The position numbers were made by a program, and so were the translations under genes. Below are positions 221,422-233,881 of a DNA stretch of 248,000 bases, one piece after another. This stretch comes from Hyalangium minutum (GTDB lineage: Bacteria; Myxococcota; Myxococcia; Myxococcales; Myxococcaceae): positions 20,001 through 268,000 of the forward strand of contig NZ_JMCB01000006.1 in NCBI RefSeq assembly GCF_000737315.1, in the 5' to 3' direction. The stretch's first letter is position 1; the number at the start of each line of letters is the position of its first letter. The notes beneath the pieces are model-generated. The model saw only the letters and a program-made list of their open reading frames with translations, ran no database searches and had not been told where the DNA came from.

Positions 221422-222471
221422 ATGTCGTCGAGGACAGCCCCAACAGACTACGAGGTCGTGCAGAACGCCGAGCCGCACCCGGCTCGCACGGCCGCCATCC
221501 TCAGAGCCCACCCGGAGGTGCGCAAGCTGTTCGGGCGCACCCCGGCCACCGCGCTGTTCGTGCCCATCATCCTGGTGATGCAGTTCGGCACGGCGTGGAT
221601 GGTGAAGGACCAGCCGTGGTGGGTCATCGTCCTGGCGGCGTACACGCTGGGCGCCATCGTCAACAACACCTGCTACGTCATCATCCACGAGGCCACGCAC
221701 AGCCTCATCTTCAAGGGCCGCATGGGCAACCTGCTGGCGGCCATCGGGGCGGATCTGGTGCACGTCATCCCCTCGGCGGTGACGTTCACGCGCTTCCACC
221801 TGGTGCACCACCGGCACCAGGGCGAGTTCGACCTGGACGCGGACCTGCCCTCGCACGCCGAGGCGAAGCTGGTGGGCAACAGCACCCTCATGAAGGCGCT
221901 GTGGGTCACCTTCTTCCCGCTGATGCAGGCGCTGCGCATGCCGCGCTTCTCCAAGCTGGTCAGCTTCTGGGAGCCGTGGACGGTGGTGAACGCGCTGGCG
222001 GTGTTCGCGGTGGACGCGGCCGTGTTGTTCCTGATGGGGCCCTGGGCGTTCCTCTACATCGTCCTGAGCATCTTCTTCTCCATCGGCCTGCACCCGCTGG
222101 GCGGCCGGCTCATCCAGGAGCACTTCATCGTGGCCCACCCGCAGGAGACGTACTCCTACTATGGGCCGTGGAACCTCACCGCGCTGAACGTGGGCTACCA
222201 CAACGAGCACCATGACTTCTCCGCGGTGCCGTGGAACAAGCTGCCGCAGGTGCGCGCGCTGGCGCCCGAGCACTACGACACGCTGGTGTGGCACCGCTCG
222301 TGGACGGGGCTGCTGGTGAAGTTCATCTTTGATCCGTCGCTGAGCCTCTACAGCCGCATCACCCGCCCCGGTCCGCAGAAGCGCAAGGTGCTCACGGGCG
222401 GCGTGGGCCGCGTGCCGGACTCGGTGGAGTCGCTGCAGAAGCCGCCTTCCGCCGTCGACTCGGCCGCCTGA
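221422..222471 (+). CDS. DEGS1-like sphingolipid delta-4 desaturase/hydroxylase
   Basis: EPHPART.AILRAHPEV Lipid_DES motif, HEATH, HLVHH, HPLGGRLIQEH, YHNEHH. Confidence 0.82.
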   Translation: MSSRTAPTDYEVVQNAEPHPARTAAILRAHPEVRKLFGRTPATALFVPIILVMQFGTAWMVKDQPWWVIVLAAYTLGAIVNNTCYVIIHEATHSLIFKGRMGNLLAAIGADLVHVIPSAVTFTRFHLVHHRHQGEFDLDADLPSHAEAKLVGNSTLMKALWVTFFPLMQALRMPRFSKLVSFWEPWTVVNALAVFAVDAAVLFLMGPWAFLYIVLSIFFSIGLHPLGGRLIQEHFIVAHPQETYSYYGPWNLTALNVGYHNEHHDFSAVPWNKLPQVRALAPEHYDTLVWHRSWTGLLVKFIFDPSLSLYSRITRPGPQKRKVLTGGVGRVPDSVESLQKPPSAVDSAA

Positions 222472-222516
222472 GTGCTGCGATAGTCTCGCGCCTCAACACC
222501 ACTGGAGAGGAACTCG

Positions 222517-222927
222517 ATGGGTCTTGCAGAGAAGCGCGCAGTGGCGGCTTACCAGAAGGACAAGTGGCCGACGTGGCAGCAGAAGCTGAACGCCATCACT
222601 GGCTTTGAGCCCACCTACGAGATCGCGTGGGATCAGCTGGCCAAGGAGGGCTACTCGGCCGAGTACCCCACCATGTTCGACTACAACTTCTTCGAGCCCT
222701 TGGAGATCGCGCTGAAGTCGATCTGCCAGGACGACCTGGGCAAGGACGCCCTCAAGGAGAAGATCAAGAAGGTCTCCATCACCAGCACCCGGAGCTGGTG
222801 CTCGCTGGAGGTCAAGATCGAGGGCGACACGCTCAAGCTCGACGCGGATCCTTCCTATGAGCGCTCGAACGGGAGCGTGACCTCCTACGCGGACAAGATG
222901 CGCCTGGCGCTCGAGGCCGCGCTGTAG
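222517..222927 (+). CDS. Conserved hypothetical protein
   Basis: MGLAEKRA..DDLGKDALKE family-like pattern; RBS ggagagg. Confidence 0.7.
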   Translation: MGLAEKRAVAAYQKDKWPTWQQKLNAITGFEPTYEIAWDQLAKEGYSAEYPTMFDYNFFEPLEIALKSICQDDLGKDALKEKIKKVSITSTRSWCSLEVKIEGDTLKLDADPSYERSNGSVTSYADKMRLALEAAL

Positions 222928-222935
222928 CTCCGGAC

Positions 222936-223349
222936 TCAGCCCCGGTTCGGCTCTTGGGAGACCGGGAGCCGGACCATGCGGTCCATCAAGTGCTCAAGGG
223001 CCTTCGCTGGGTCCTCGCACAGCCCCGAGTGGAACGGGGACGTCTGAATCACGGTGCTGCGCGGCGCGATGAGCCAGTGCCACCGCTCCTTCTGAGGCAG
223101 CTGCCCAATGGGCCCCGCGGTCCGGCCTCCCGCGCAGATGCGGGGAATGGCCTCCAGGTGGGCTCTCACGCCTTCCACATCCACCTCGGGCGCGAGCGCG
223201 AGAAGGCGCCGCTCGTCCAGCTCCACCTGGGCTCCGAGGAAGCGGTGGGTGAGGCAGTAGAGGATGACGCCCGCGTTGATGAACTCGCCGCGCTCCACGC
223301 GCGGCACGACGCGGATGATGGCGTAATCAAAAGAGCTGGGCGCGGGCAC
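222936..223349 (-). CDS. DUF3037 domain protein
   Basis: YAIIRVVPRVERGEFINAG, WLIAPRST. Confidence 0.92.
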   Translation of the reverse strand: MPAPSSFDYAIIRVVPRVERGEFINAGVILYCLTHRFLGAQVELDERRLLALAPEVDVEGVRAHLEAIPRICAGGRTAGPIGQLPQKERWHWLIAPRSTVIQTSPFHSGLCEDPAKALEHLMDRMVRLPVSQEPNRG

Positions 223350-224106
223350 GCTCCGCCTCCTCGATGAACTTCGGGGCCGCCTCGAGCCGCCCGCGCAGCC
223401 ACGCCAGGTACGCCTCGCGGTGGGCCTGCGGGGTGGAGAAGGCCTCCTCGTTGCCCAGCCACGCGTCGGGGATGAGCGCCACCGTGCGCTCCAGCACCTC
223501 GGGCGTCAGCCGGGTGCGCAGCGTGGCCTCCGTCGCGCGCAGCGCCGTGGCCCAGCGCAGCAGCACATGGTCCTTGATGGGAGCGAAGGCCGTCCCCGCG
223601 CGCTCCAGGTACCCGTCCCACGAGTGGTGGAAGTACATGGACGCGCCGTGGTCGATGAGCCAGAGCGCCTTGTGCCAGTGCAGCATGTTGGGGTTCTTCG
223701 GGGTCCGGTCCACGTTCGTCACGTAGGCATCGAAGCAGACGATCTCCGAGGCCTCCTGAGCGGAGGGCGGCGGGCCGGCGACCGGGTCGAACGTGATGGA
223801 GCCCGGCAGGTAGTCCATCGCCAGGTTCAGCCCTCCGCTGGCCTTGATGAGGTCACGGATCTCTCCGTCCGGCTCGGCGCGGCCCAGCACGGGGTCCAGG
223901 TGCATGAACACAAGCTCCGGGACGCGCAGGCCCATGGCACGGGCCAGTTCGCCCGCCACCAGCTCGGCGATGAGCACCTTGAGCCCCTGCCCCGCGCCTC
224001 GGAACTTCAGCACGTACAGCCCGGAGTCCTCCGCTTCGACGATGGCGGGCATCGAGCCCCCCTCGCGCAGCGGCGTCACGTACCTGGTCGCCGTCACCGT
224101 CCTCAT
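223327..224106 (-). CDS. HipA-like kinase (HipA_2)
   Basis: PLREGGSMP, KFRGAGQG, NVDRT..NPN, LIDHG. Confidence 0.9.
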   Translation of the reverse strand: MRTVTATRYVTPLREGGSMPAIVEAEDSGLYVLKFRGAGQGLKVLIAELVAGELARAMGLRVPELVFMHLDPVLGRAEPDGEIRDLIKASGGLNLAMDYLPGSITFDPVAGPPPSAQEASEIVCFDAYVTNVDRTPKNPNMLHWHKALWLIDHGASMYFHHSWDGYLERAGTAFAPIKDHVLLRWATALRATEATLRTRLTPEVLERTVALIPDAWLGNEEAFSTPQAHREAYLAWLRGRLEAAPKFIEEAERARAQLF

Positions 224107-224199
224107 GGTCCCGCACTTATCACGGCACCGCGCGTGCACCTTGAGTCCTGAAACTGGAAACAAGTAAGACGCGCTGAACCTGAATAATCGGAGGCGCCC

Positions 224200-225402
224200 A
224201 TGCGGATGCCCAGGACGGCGGTACTGGCGTTGCTCGTCACCCTCGCGTTCACCCCCGCGGCCCTGGCGGGCCAGAGCGCCTCGAAGCGCTGGGCGGCGAG
224301 CCGCGGCGACTTCACCGCGTGGCAGCTCAGCGGCGCGAGCCGTGCGGCGGATGGCTCGCTGCAGTTGCTGCCGGGCCAGTCGTGGGCGGGGACGGATCCG
224401 TATGGGCCCGGCGGCTTCGCGGGCGGCACGTACTACAACGGCGGCTCGTTCGTGCAGGGCGAGGTGACCAGCCCCATCGTCACGCCGTCCTTCGGCTTCC
224501 GGCAGGCCATTGCCTCGTGGGAGGCGCGCACGCCTCCGGGCACCTGGGTGGAGAGCTTCATCCGCGTGCAGGTGTCTGGCACCTGGACGAAGTGGTACAG
224601 CCTGGGCGTGTGGGCGGCGGATGGCTCGGCGGTGCAGCGGCACTCGGCCACCTCGCAGTCGGACAGCGTGGCGTACGTGGCCACGGACACACTTGTCGTC
224701 ACGGCGAAGAAGGCCTCGGCCACGGCGTGGCAGGTGAAGGTGCGGCTCTTCAGCGCCGATGGTGTGGCGACGCCGAGCCTGGATGCCAGCGCTGTGACGG
224801 TGTCTCTGGCGCCAGACCGGCCCTCCTCGTTCCCTCCGGGCAGCTCCACGCGCTGGAACACGGTGCTCGCGGTGCCACAGTGCTCGCAGATGGTGTACCC
224901 GGACGGCGGCGAGGTCTGGTGCAGCCCCACGTCCACGGCCATGGTGCTGCGATACTGGGTCGGCGAGTCCACGACCACCTGCGAGCCGCACGTGCGCGCG
225001 GCCGTGAGCGGCGTCCATGACTGGTACTACGACGGGCACGGCAACTGGCCGTTCAACACGGCGTATGCGGCGGCCCAGGGGCTCCAGGCGCATGTGTCTC
225101 GCTTCACGAGCTTCTCGCAGCTGGAGCCGTGGATCTCCGCGGGCGTCCCCGCCATCCTCAGCGTTGCCTGGCGCAGCGGTGAGCTGACGGGCGCGCCCAT
225201 CTCCTCCACGGCGGGTCACCTCATCGTGCTCGTGGGCTTCGATGCGGCGGGCAACCCCGTGGTGAATGATCCGGCGGGCGCCAGCAACACCGCCGTGCGC
225301 CGGACGTACCTGCGCTCGCAGCTAGAGCCGCTGTGGCAGAACGCTTCGGCGGGCACCGCGTATCTCATCTATCCCCAGGGCTGGACGGTGCCCGCCCTGT
225401 GA
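224200..225402 (+). CDS. Secreted peptidase C39-like protein
   Basis: SQM..WCSPTS, GHLIV, VNDPA. Confidence 0.85.
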   Translation: MRMPRTAVLALLVTLAFTPAALAGQSASKRWAASRGDFTAWQLSGASRAADGSLQLLPGQSWAGTDPYGPGGFAGGTYYNGGSFVQGEVTSPIVTPSFGFRQAIASWEARTPPGTWVESFIRVQVSGTWTKWYSLGVWAADGSAVQRHSATSQSDSVAYVATDTLVVTAKKASATAWQVKVRLFSADGVATPSLDASAVTVSLAPDRPSSFPPGSSTRWNTVLAVPQCSQMVYPDGGEVWCSPTSTAMVLRYWVGESTTTCEPHVRAAVSGVHDWYYDGHGNWPFNTAYAAAQGLQAHVSRFTSFSQLEPWISAGVPAILSVAWRSGELTGAPISSTAGHLIVLVGFDAAGNPVVNDPAGASNTAVRRTYLRSQLEPLWQNASAGTAYLIYPQGWTVPAL

Positions 225403-225872
225403 GCGGTGCGTCCCACACCTTCTCGTTCGCCTCGATCCTGGCAGCGCCTCCCGAGAAGGTGTGGGCTCGCGTGAGCACCTTGTCGGGCGTGAACGCGGAG
225501 ATGGCGCCCTGGTTCCGGATGACCGGGCCCCAGGGCGTCGATCACCTCGAGCCCGGGCAGCTCGCGCTGGGCCAGCGGCTCTTCCGGTCGTGGCTGCTGC
225601 TCTTCGGGGTGCTGCCGCTGGACTACGACGACCTCACCTTCGTGCGGTTCGAGCCGGGCAAGGGCTTCCTGGAGCGCTCGCGGATGATCTCCGCGAAGGT
225701 GTGGGAGCACGAGCGAACACTTGAGCCCCACCCCGAGGGCACGCTGCTCACCGATCGCATCCGCTTCGAGCCGCGCCTGCCCCTGCCCGGGCTCCGAGGG
225801 CTGTACAGCAGCGTGTTCCGCCACCGCCACGCGCAGCTGCGGCGGCACTTCGGCGGGCGGCTCGCGAGCTGA
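225399..225872 (+). CDS. SRPBCC-like hypothetical protein
   Basis: PEKVW, WEHERT, FRHRH. Confidence 0.65.
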   Translation: MSGASHTFSFASILAAPPEKVWARVSTLSGVNAEMAPWFRMTGPQGVDHLEPGQLALGQRLFRSWLLLFGVLPLDYDDLTFVRFEPGKGFLERSRMISAKVWEHERTLEPHPEGTLLTDRIRFEPRLPLPGLRGLYSSVFRHRHAQLRRHFGGRLAS

Positions 225873-226056
225873 GGGTTCGGAGCCCCGCTCTTACTGAAAG
225901 ACAGGCACACTGCGGGTACGCCCGGTCCTCACGGCGCAGAGCGCCATGCTTCCGCTCGTGCTGGACAGCCGCGAGTGAAGCAGGCACCGTGCCCGCCCTC
226001 GCGCCGTGCTGCCGTGGCGCGAGGGACACCCCTGTCACTTCGACTCGGAGGAAGCC

Positions 226057-228117
<2,061 letters not shown>

Positions 228118-228121
228118 TCCC

Positions 228122-229514
228122 GTGTCACGCCTGCTTTCTCTGGCATTGCTGATGCTGCTGTCCACCGCGCTGGTGGGCGGCAGTTGTGACGAGCCGGAGG
228201 CGGTGGGCCTCGAAGAGCTGCAGCGGGACGTTCCTCCGCCCTTCGATTACGCGCTGTACTGCGACGTCCACGGGAAGCTCGTGGGCGATCGCTCCGCTGT
228301 GCTGCTCGTGCACCGCGCCGAACACCTCGAGCGTGTGTATGCCGACGCACAGGCGGGAGACCGTCGCGCCCAGGCCCTCTTCCGCCAGCTGGAGGCCGTC
228401 CTCCAGCGCACCGGAGCGGAGCTGGCGGACCGTTCGCTGGGATTCACCTGTAACTCCCTGCCAGCCTGCGTGGTGGCCTGGCACCAGCTGGACGCGTTCA
228501 TGCCTTCGCGCGGCGCGGGAGGCATGCGCCTGCGGCAGGTGATGGCGGACAGCTTTGTTTGCGCGCGAGGCCAAGCTCAAGCACGTGCGCAACACCGTCA
228601 TCTCCGCGGCGCTCGACGTGCTGCTGGTGGGCACGGTGCTCAAAACGGGCGCTACGGGTACGGCTGGGGTGGCGGCGGGCACGGCAGAAGCCTCGGCAGG
228701 CACCGTGGAGGCGGGGAGACTGGCGCTGGCTGGGGTGGAGACACGTCTGGCGGAGGAGGAGCTGCCAGCGCTGGAAGCCCGGATGGTCGAGGCCGAGGCG
228801 CTGGAGGTGGGCCCTCGATACCCCGCCCGCCTGGAAGCATTGACACGCTACCGGCCTTCGGGCGCCCAGCCACCCTCGGGAGTGGAAGCCGACCATCCCC
228901 GGTGGACCAGCTACGTGGCCTACTGGGAGCGGCGCTACGAGGAGCTCGCGGGCACCCGACCTCTGTCACAGGGGCAAGTTGCGGTGAAGCCTCCTCTGAC
229001 GTGGGACGCCTATTCGTCCCTACTCGGAAGGTTCCAACGCTCGCTGGAGTTTCAGCGCAGCGCGTCGCGCATGCTTCAGCAGGCTCGCGAACCTGGCAGC
229101 CCTCGGGAGTGGGTGCCCGACATGAAGCAGCCGCTGGCCGCAGAGAACACGGGCCTGAAGCATGAAGGCAGCGACCTTGTCACCTACGCGGATGCTCTGG
229201 TCGTGGACGACGCCTCACTAGGCTCGGGCACTCGGCCGAATGTTCAAACCTTCAGCATGAAGCAGCGCGACTTCGCCGCCATGAGCGAAGGCGACGCCTT
229301 CAAGCAAGCACAGATTGATGCCTTTGAAGCACAGACGAAAGACGGGGGAACCGTCGAAGTGCGCAGGCGTGGCCATCCTCTCTTCGGAAAGAAAGTGGTC
229401 GTGACCCGAGTGCACCTCGTTTATGACGGGAAGGATCTCTCGCTCTCCATCAAGAACGCCCTCTTGAGAGGAGCGCGCAGCCAAAAGGTTGAACTCCACC
229501 TCCATGTCCCCTGA
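228122..229514 (+). pseudogene. Frameshifted lipoprotein toxin with C-terminal restriction-endonuclease-like domain
   Basis: tttg duplicated at 228554-228561; removing 4 bp joins ..MADSF to AREAKLK..; C-terminal ADALV..SMKQRD. Confidence 0.75.
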
Positions 229515-230853
229515 AGAGTGGACCCAATCTGACGATTTCGTCCTTGAACTCATCTCGCCCATTGATCCGCTGTCGCGCGGCTTTGCGGGGCTCGAGCCCC
229601 TTCTGGACGTTATTGAATCGCTGGACGAAGCGCTTCGCCCGGACACGATGCACTTCATGCGCGGGCGCCGGACTCTGCAGTACTCGCGCCAGATGCTGCG
229701 CAAGCGGTTCCAAGACACTCACGGTATTGACACGGTCAACATCCTGTTTGGCCGTTCTCGGCCTCCTGAGATCATTCTCGACCTCATGGGCAGAACCAGC
229801 GAGGAGGAGGTCACCTGCAGCTTCCATCTGGTGGTGAAGCCTTTCTCCTTCGTCTGCGAGCCCAGCCGCGCAAATCATCATGCTGAGCATTTCGTCTCCC
229901 TCGTACGCGCTTTGGCTTCCTGCATGCCTCTGTTTCACGGCGTGGCTCACAGCCGCACCGATTTCTGGCTGAGCAGCGACCCTCGCGCGAAGAACCCCCT
230001 CGCTGCACCTCGTGTCCAAGAGGCCTTCTGGCTCAACGTCTATGGTCCCCAGATGGTGGAAGAGCTTGGCCGCGAGCGCGTGCTCTCCACGCCGTGCGCT
230101 CACATAGAGGAACTTCCCCACGGCGCCGTCCTCATGCTCACGCGCCCCACCCCTGTGGACTTCGCCTCGGAAGAGGCCCGGCTCGCCCAGGCCCGTGCCC
230201 TGGTCCACCTCCGCCCGGAGCTCTCGCTGGACTCCACCCTGGCTGCCCTCCGCCAGCGCTCCCTCGAGTTCACCCCCGTCCCCATCCACTTCGATCCAGA
230301 TGTGGCCGACATCCTGCTCAAGAAGATCCATTTCGAAGGCGTGGCCGGTGGAATGCGCAAGCACGTCGAGCACTTCAACCAGTACCACCCTCCTCCTGTC
230401 TCCGAGTGGATTCCCGCCTCCCAGGCCCCAGCGCCGGACGTGGACAACGTCCCCGCTGCCATCGAGCAATACGACGGCCTCTATGCCGAGCAGCTCATGG
230501 CCCTTTTCCACGAAAAGGTCCCCGAAGTGATGGACGTCTCCCAGGAGGCGCTTCCCCTCCTCGACTGGCACCTGTGGAACTCGCGCTGGGGTAAGGACAT
230601 CACCCATGAGCAGCGGGAGATTCTCGTCCCCGCCCTGGGCGGCTGGCTCGGCCGCTACTTGGTGAACTGGCTCGGCGGACGGTGGGTCCCTCGCCGCAAG
230701 TTGGAGGAAGCCGCCGTCATCGTCGGCGACAAGGCCTGGCTGCCCTTCCTCCGCGCGCGCCACGCCCTTAACGGGCTGGATGCTCCACTCGATTACTCCT
230801 GCACCCAGTTCTTCCGCGCGGCACAGCGCAGCGCTCACCCGCAGGCGCACTGA
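229504..230853 (+). CDS. Putative immunity protein of upstream toxin
   Basis: Overlaps toxin stop; WLNVYG..LG..RVL..P..ELP.GAV motif typical of myxobacterial immunity-like proteins. Confidence 0.65.
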   Translation: MSPEEWTQSDDFVLELISPIDPLSRGFAGLEPLLDVIESLDEALRPDTMHFMRGRRTLQYSRQMLRKRFQDTHGIDTVNILFGRSRPPEIILDLMGRTSEEEVTCSFHLVVKPFSFVCEPSRANHHAEHFVSLVRALASCMPLFHGVAHSRTDFWLSSDPRAKNPLAAPRVQEAFWLNVYGPQMVEELGRERVLSTPCAHIEELPHGAVLMLTRPTPVDFASEEARLAQARALVHLRPELSLDSTLAALRQRSLEFTPVPIHFDPDVADILLKKIHFEGVAGGMRKHVEHFNQYHPPPVSEWIPASQAPAPDVDNVPAAIEQYDGLYAEQLMALFHEKVPEVMDVSQEALPLLDWHLWNSRWGKDITHEQREILVPALGGWLGRYLVNWLGGRWVPRRKLEEAAVIVGDKAWLPFLRARHALNGLDAPLDYSCTQFFRAAQRSAHPQAH

Positions 230854-230889
230854 AGCACCTGCCTCCGTGAGCTCCTCCCGTGCTGGCGC

Positions 230890-233727
230890 TCACTTCGTGG
230901 GTGGAGGCGTCTCCCCAGGTGCCGTGGCCGGCGCTGCAGCCGTGGCCCCACCCGGTGCGTCCACCTTGAAGCCCGCTCGCTCCAGCATGGCCCGCATCTC
231001 GGAGCGCGCCACCGACTTGCTCAGCGCCTCGTTCGGCTCGATGACCTTCTTCTTCACCAAGTCGAGCAGCGAGTCGTTCAGCGTCACCATCCCCTGCCCG
231101 CGCGACGTCTGCATCACCGAGGGAATCTGGAACGTCTTCCCCTCGCGGATCAGGTTCGACACCGAGCCCGTGCACAGCAGCACTTCCTGCGCCGCCACCC
231201 GCCCGCCGCCGATGCGCTTGCACAACGTCTGGGCAACGACGGCCTTGAGCGACTCGGAGAGCATCATCCGGATCTGCGGCTGACGATCCGCCGGGAACTG
231301 GTCGATGATGCGGTCCACCGTGGACGCCGCCGTGTTCGTGTGCAGCGTCCCGAACACCAGGTGCCCCGTCTCCGCCGTCTCGATGGCCGTGGCGATCGTC
231401 TCCAGGTCCCGCATCTCGCCCACCAGCACCACGTCCGGATCCTCGCGCAGCGCCGCCCTCAGCGCGTTCTTGAACGAGGCCGTGTGCACCCCCACCTCGC
231501 GCTGGTGCACCAGGCAGCTCTTGTTCTTGTGGACGAACTCGATCGGGTCCTCCACCGTGATGATGTGGTCCTCACGGTGGCGGTTCACGTAGTCGATCAG
231601 CGCCGCCAGCGTCGTGGACTTGCCGCTCCCCGTCGGCCCCGTCACCAGCACCAGCCCCTTCGTCAGGAAGCACAGGTCCAGCACGTGCCGCGGCAGGCCG
231701 ATCTCCTCCGCCGTGCGGATCTTGTTGGGGATCTGCCGCAGCACCGCGGCAATGCCCCTCCGATCCTCGAAGATGTTCACGCGGAAGCGCGCCGCCGACG
231801 TCTCGTAGGCAAAGTCCGTGTCGCGCAGTTCCTCCCACTGCCTCCGGTTCTTGTCCGGAGCGATGCTGAAGAGCATCGCCTGGAGCTTCTCGTGGGTGAT
231901 GACGCCGTAGTCCTCGATGGCCACCATGTCGCCGTCGATGCGCATGTGCGGCAGCGTCTCGCTCGTCAGGTGCAGGTCCGAGGCCTCACGCTCCAGCATC
232001 TCCTTCATCAGCGCGAGCATCTGCGCCTCAGCCGCGCGCCGGTGGTCCTGGGCCTCCTCGACGGAGACGGCGGGCGCGGCGGGCGTCAGCACGGGAGCCG
232101 CTGCGGCAGCCACGGGCACCGGGGCCTGAGTCACAGGAGCCGCAGGGGCAACCTGGACAGGCGGAGTGACCGGAGTGGGCGGCACCGGAGCGACCGGTGT
232201 AGCGGGAGCCACGGGAGCCGCAGCCGGTGCGGCGGCCACAGGCACCGGAGGAAGCGTCGAAGGCGCTGCGGGAGCGGCCGGCGCCGTTGAAGCAGCAGGC
232301 GCGGAGATAGGAGCGGCTGGAAGGGGAATCGGCGGGAGGGTGGTCGGCCCCGCCGGTGCGGCGGGCGCAGCCACAGTGGCGGTGGGTGCAGGCACCGGCG
232401 CGGTGGTGACCGGTGGCGCCGGAGTGATCGGAGCGGCCGGAAGGGGAATCGGCGGGAGGGTGGTCGGCCCCGCCGAAGCAGCAGGAGCGGCCGCTGCAGG
232501 AACAGGAACCGGCGGGTGCGTCGCAGGCCCTGCATGCGCTACCGGAGCGGCCACAGCGGTGACAGGAACTGGCGAGCGCGTCTCGGGCACGGCAGCGATT
232601 GGAGCCGCCGCAGCCACAGCGGGAGCAGGAACCGGAACCGGTGGATGCGTCGCAGATCCCGCGGGAGCAACAGCAGCAGGAACCGGAACCGGCGGATGCG
232701 TCGCAGGTCCAGCAGGAGCCACCAGAGCGGCCGTGGCAGGAACCGGAACCGGCGCGTGAGTCGCAGGTCCAGCAGGAGCCACCGGAGCGGCCGTGGCAGG
232801 AACCGGAACCGGCGGATGCGTCGCAGGTCCAGCAGGAGCCACCGGAGCGGCCGTGGCGGGAACAGGGACCGACGGATGCGCTGCAGGTCCTGCGGGAGCC
232901 ACCGGAGCGGCGGCGGGAACAGGAATCGGCGCGTGAGTCGCAGGTCCCGCTGCACCAGGAGCCGCCGCAGCCGGAGCAGGAACCGGCGCGTGAGTCGCAG
233001 GCCCCGCATGCGCGATAGGCGTAGCGGGAAGAGGAATGGGCGGGAGGGTGGACGGTCCCCGCTGAGCGGCCGGAGCCGCTGGCACAGCGGCAGGCGCGGC
233101 AGCCGTCGGCACCGGAGGCATCGTGAGAGGCCGCGCGGGAGCGACACGCGCGGGAGCAGCCGCCACCACCGGAGCCGCAGGAGTCTCCGCGAAGGCATTC
233201 GAAGGAATCGGCGCGGGCGTCACCGCCACCGGAGCGGAAGATGCGGCCGCGGCGTTCGGCACCTGCGCGTAGACGACCGCGGGCGCCGGGGGCTCTAGCT
233301 CGAGCGGGGGCGTTGCCGGCGCCTCCTGCGCGATCGTTCCTGGGTCGACAGCCCGGGCCGCCAGCTCGAGCATCTCGTACGGCGAGGCCAGCTCGAACTT
233401 CTCCTCCTCCGCGGGCGCCGGAAGCTGCGTGAAGGGCACCATCGACACCTTCACATGGCCCTGCACGTGCTCCAGCGTCACCTGCACCTGGCCCGCCGGC
233501 GCGGCATACGGGAACGCGAGCGTGCCCTCCGGCGGGAAGCCGGAACGCCGCTCCGCGGGCAGCAGTTCCCCAATCGCGCTGAGTATCTGCGGAGTGGTGA
233601 GGTTCTGCTTCAGCACCGGTAGGAGCCCGTTGGGGGTGCGCATGTTCACACCGCCCCCGGTCTCGATCTGCAGTTCCTGACCGGAGTCCTTGAAGAGCTT
233701 TTCGATGATGGGGTCGAGCCTGGCCAT
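230890..233727 (-). CDS. pilT: PilT-family ATPase with duplicated N-domain and long Pro/Ala linker
   Basis: GPTGSGKST, VEDPIEF, QREV, LREDPD, GHLVFGTLH; paralog rather than motility pilT. Confidence 0.88.
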   Translation of the reverse strand: MARLDPIIEKLFKDSGQELQIETGGGVNMRTPNGLLPVLKQNLTTPQILSAIGELLPAERRSGFPPEGTLAFPYAAPAGQVQVTLEHVQGHVKVSMVPFTQLPAPAEEEKFELASPYEMLELAARAVDPGTIAQEAPATPPLELEPPAPAVVYAQVPNAAAASSAPVAVTPAPIPSNAFAETPAAPVVAAAPARVAPARPLTMPPVPTAAAPAAVPAAPAAQRGPSTLPPIPLPATPIAHAGPATHAPVPAPAAAAPGAAGPATHAPIPVPAAAPVAPAGPAAHPSVPVPATAAPVAPAGPATHPPVPVPATAAPVAPAGPATHAPVPVPATAALVAPAGPATHPPVPVPAAVAPAGSATHPPVPVPAPAVAAAAPIAAVPETRSPVPVTAVAAPVAHAGPATHPPVPVPAAAAPAASAGPTTLPPIPLPAAPITPAPPVTTAPVPAPTATVAAPAAPAGPTTLPPIPLPAAPISAPAASTAPAAPAAPSTLPPVPVAAAPAAAPVAPATPVAPVPPTPVTPPVQVAPAAPVTQAPVPVAAAAAPVLTPAAPAVSVEEAQDHRRAAEAQMLALMKEMLEREASDLHLTSETLPHMRIDGDMVAIEDYGVITHEKLQAMLFSIAPDKNRRQWEELRDTDFAYETSAARFRVNIFEDRRGIAAVLRQIPNKIRTAEEIGLPRHVLDLCFLTKGLVLVTGPTGSGKSTTLAALIDYVNRHREDHIITVEDPIEFVHKNKSCLVHQREVGVHTASFKNALRAALREDPDVVLVGEMRDLETIATAIETAETGHLVFGTLHTNTAASTVDRIIDQFPADRQPQIRMMLSESLKAVVAQTLCKRIGGGRVAAQEVLLCTGSVSNLIREGKTFQIPSVMQTSRGQGMVTLNDSLLDLVKKKVIEPNEALSKSVARSEMRAMLERAGFKVDAPGGATAAAPATAPGETPPPTK
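232681..232920. repeat. 60-bp tandem repeat in PilT linker (ATHPPVPVPATAAPVAPAGP)
   Basis: Four aligned copies, degenerate copies on both sides. Confidence 0.9.
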
Positions 233728-233881
233728 GGCTTCGCTCGATGTAGCACGAGAGCGACAACCCCTCCCAGTCCACGCCGAGGTAGCGTCCTCCCTCCCACAC
233801 CACGAGGACACGCCAAAATTACAGACCGGTTAATCCCGGAATGCCTGCCTGCTCCCAGTCTGAAGTCCGAGCGCTCCCTGC

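Noticed and set aside
228555-229165. Treating 228122..229165 and 228555..229514 as two genes
   Set aside because: They are halves of one gene split by a 4-bp duplication; the tail of the first ORF is out-of-frame sequence
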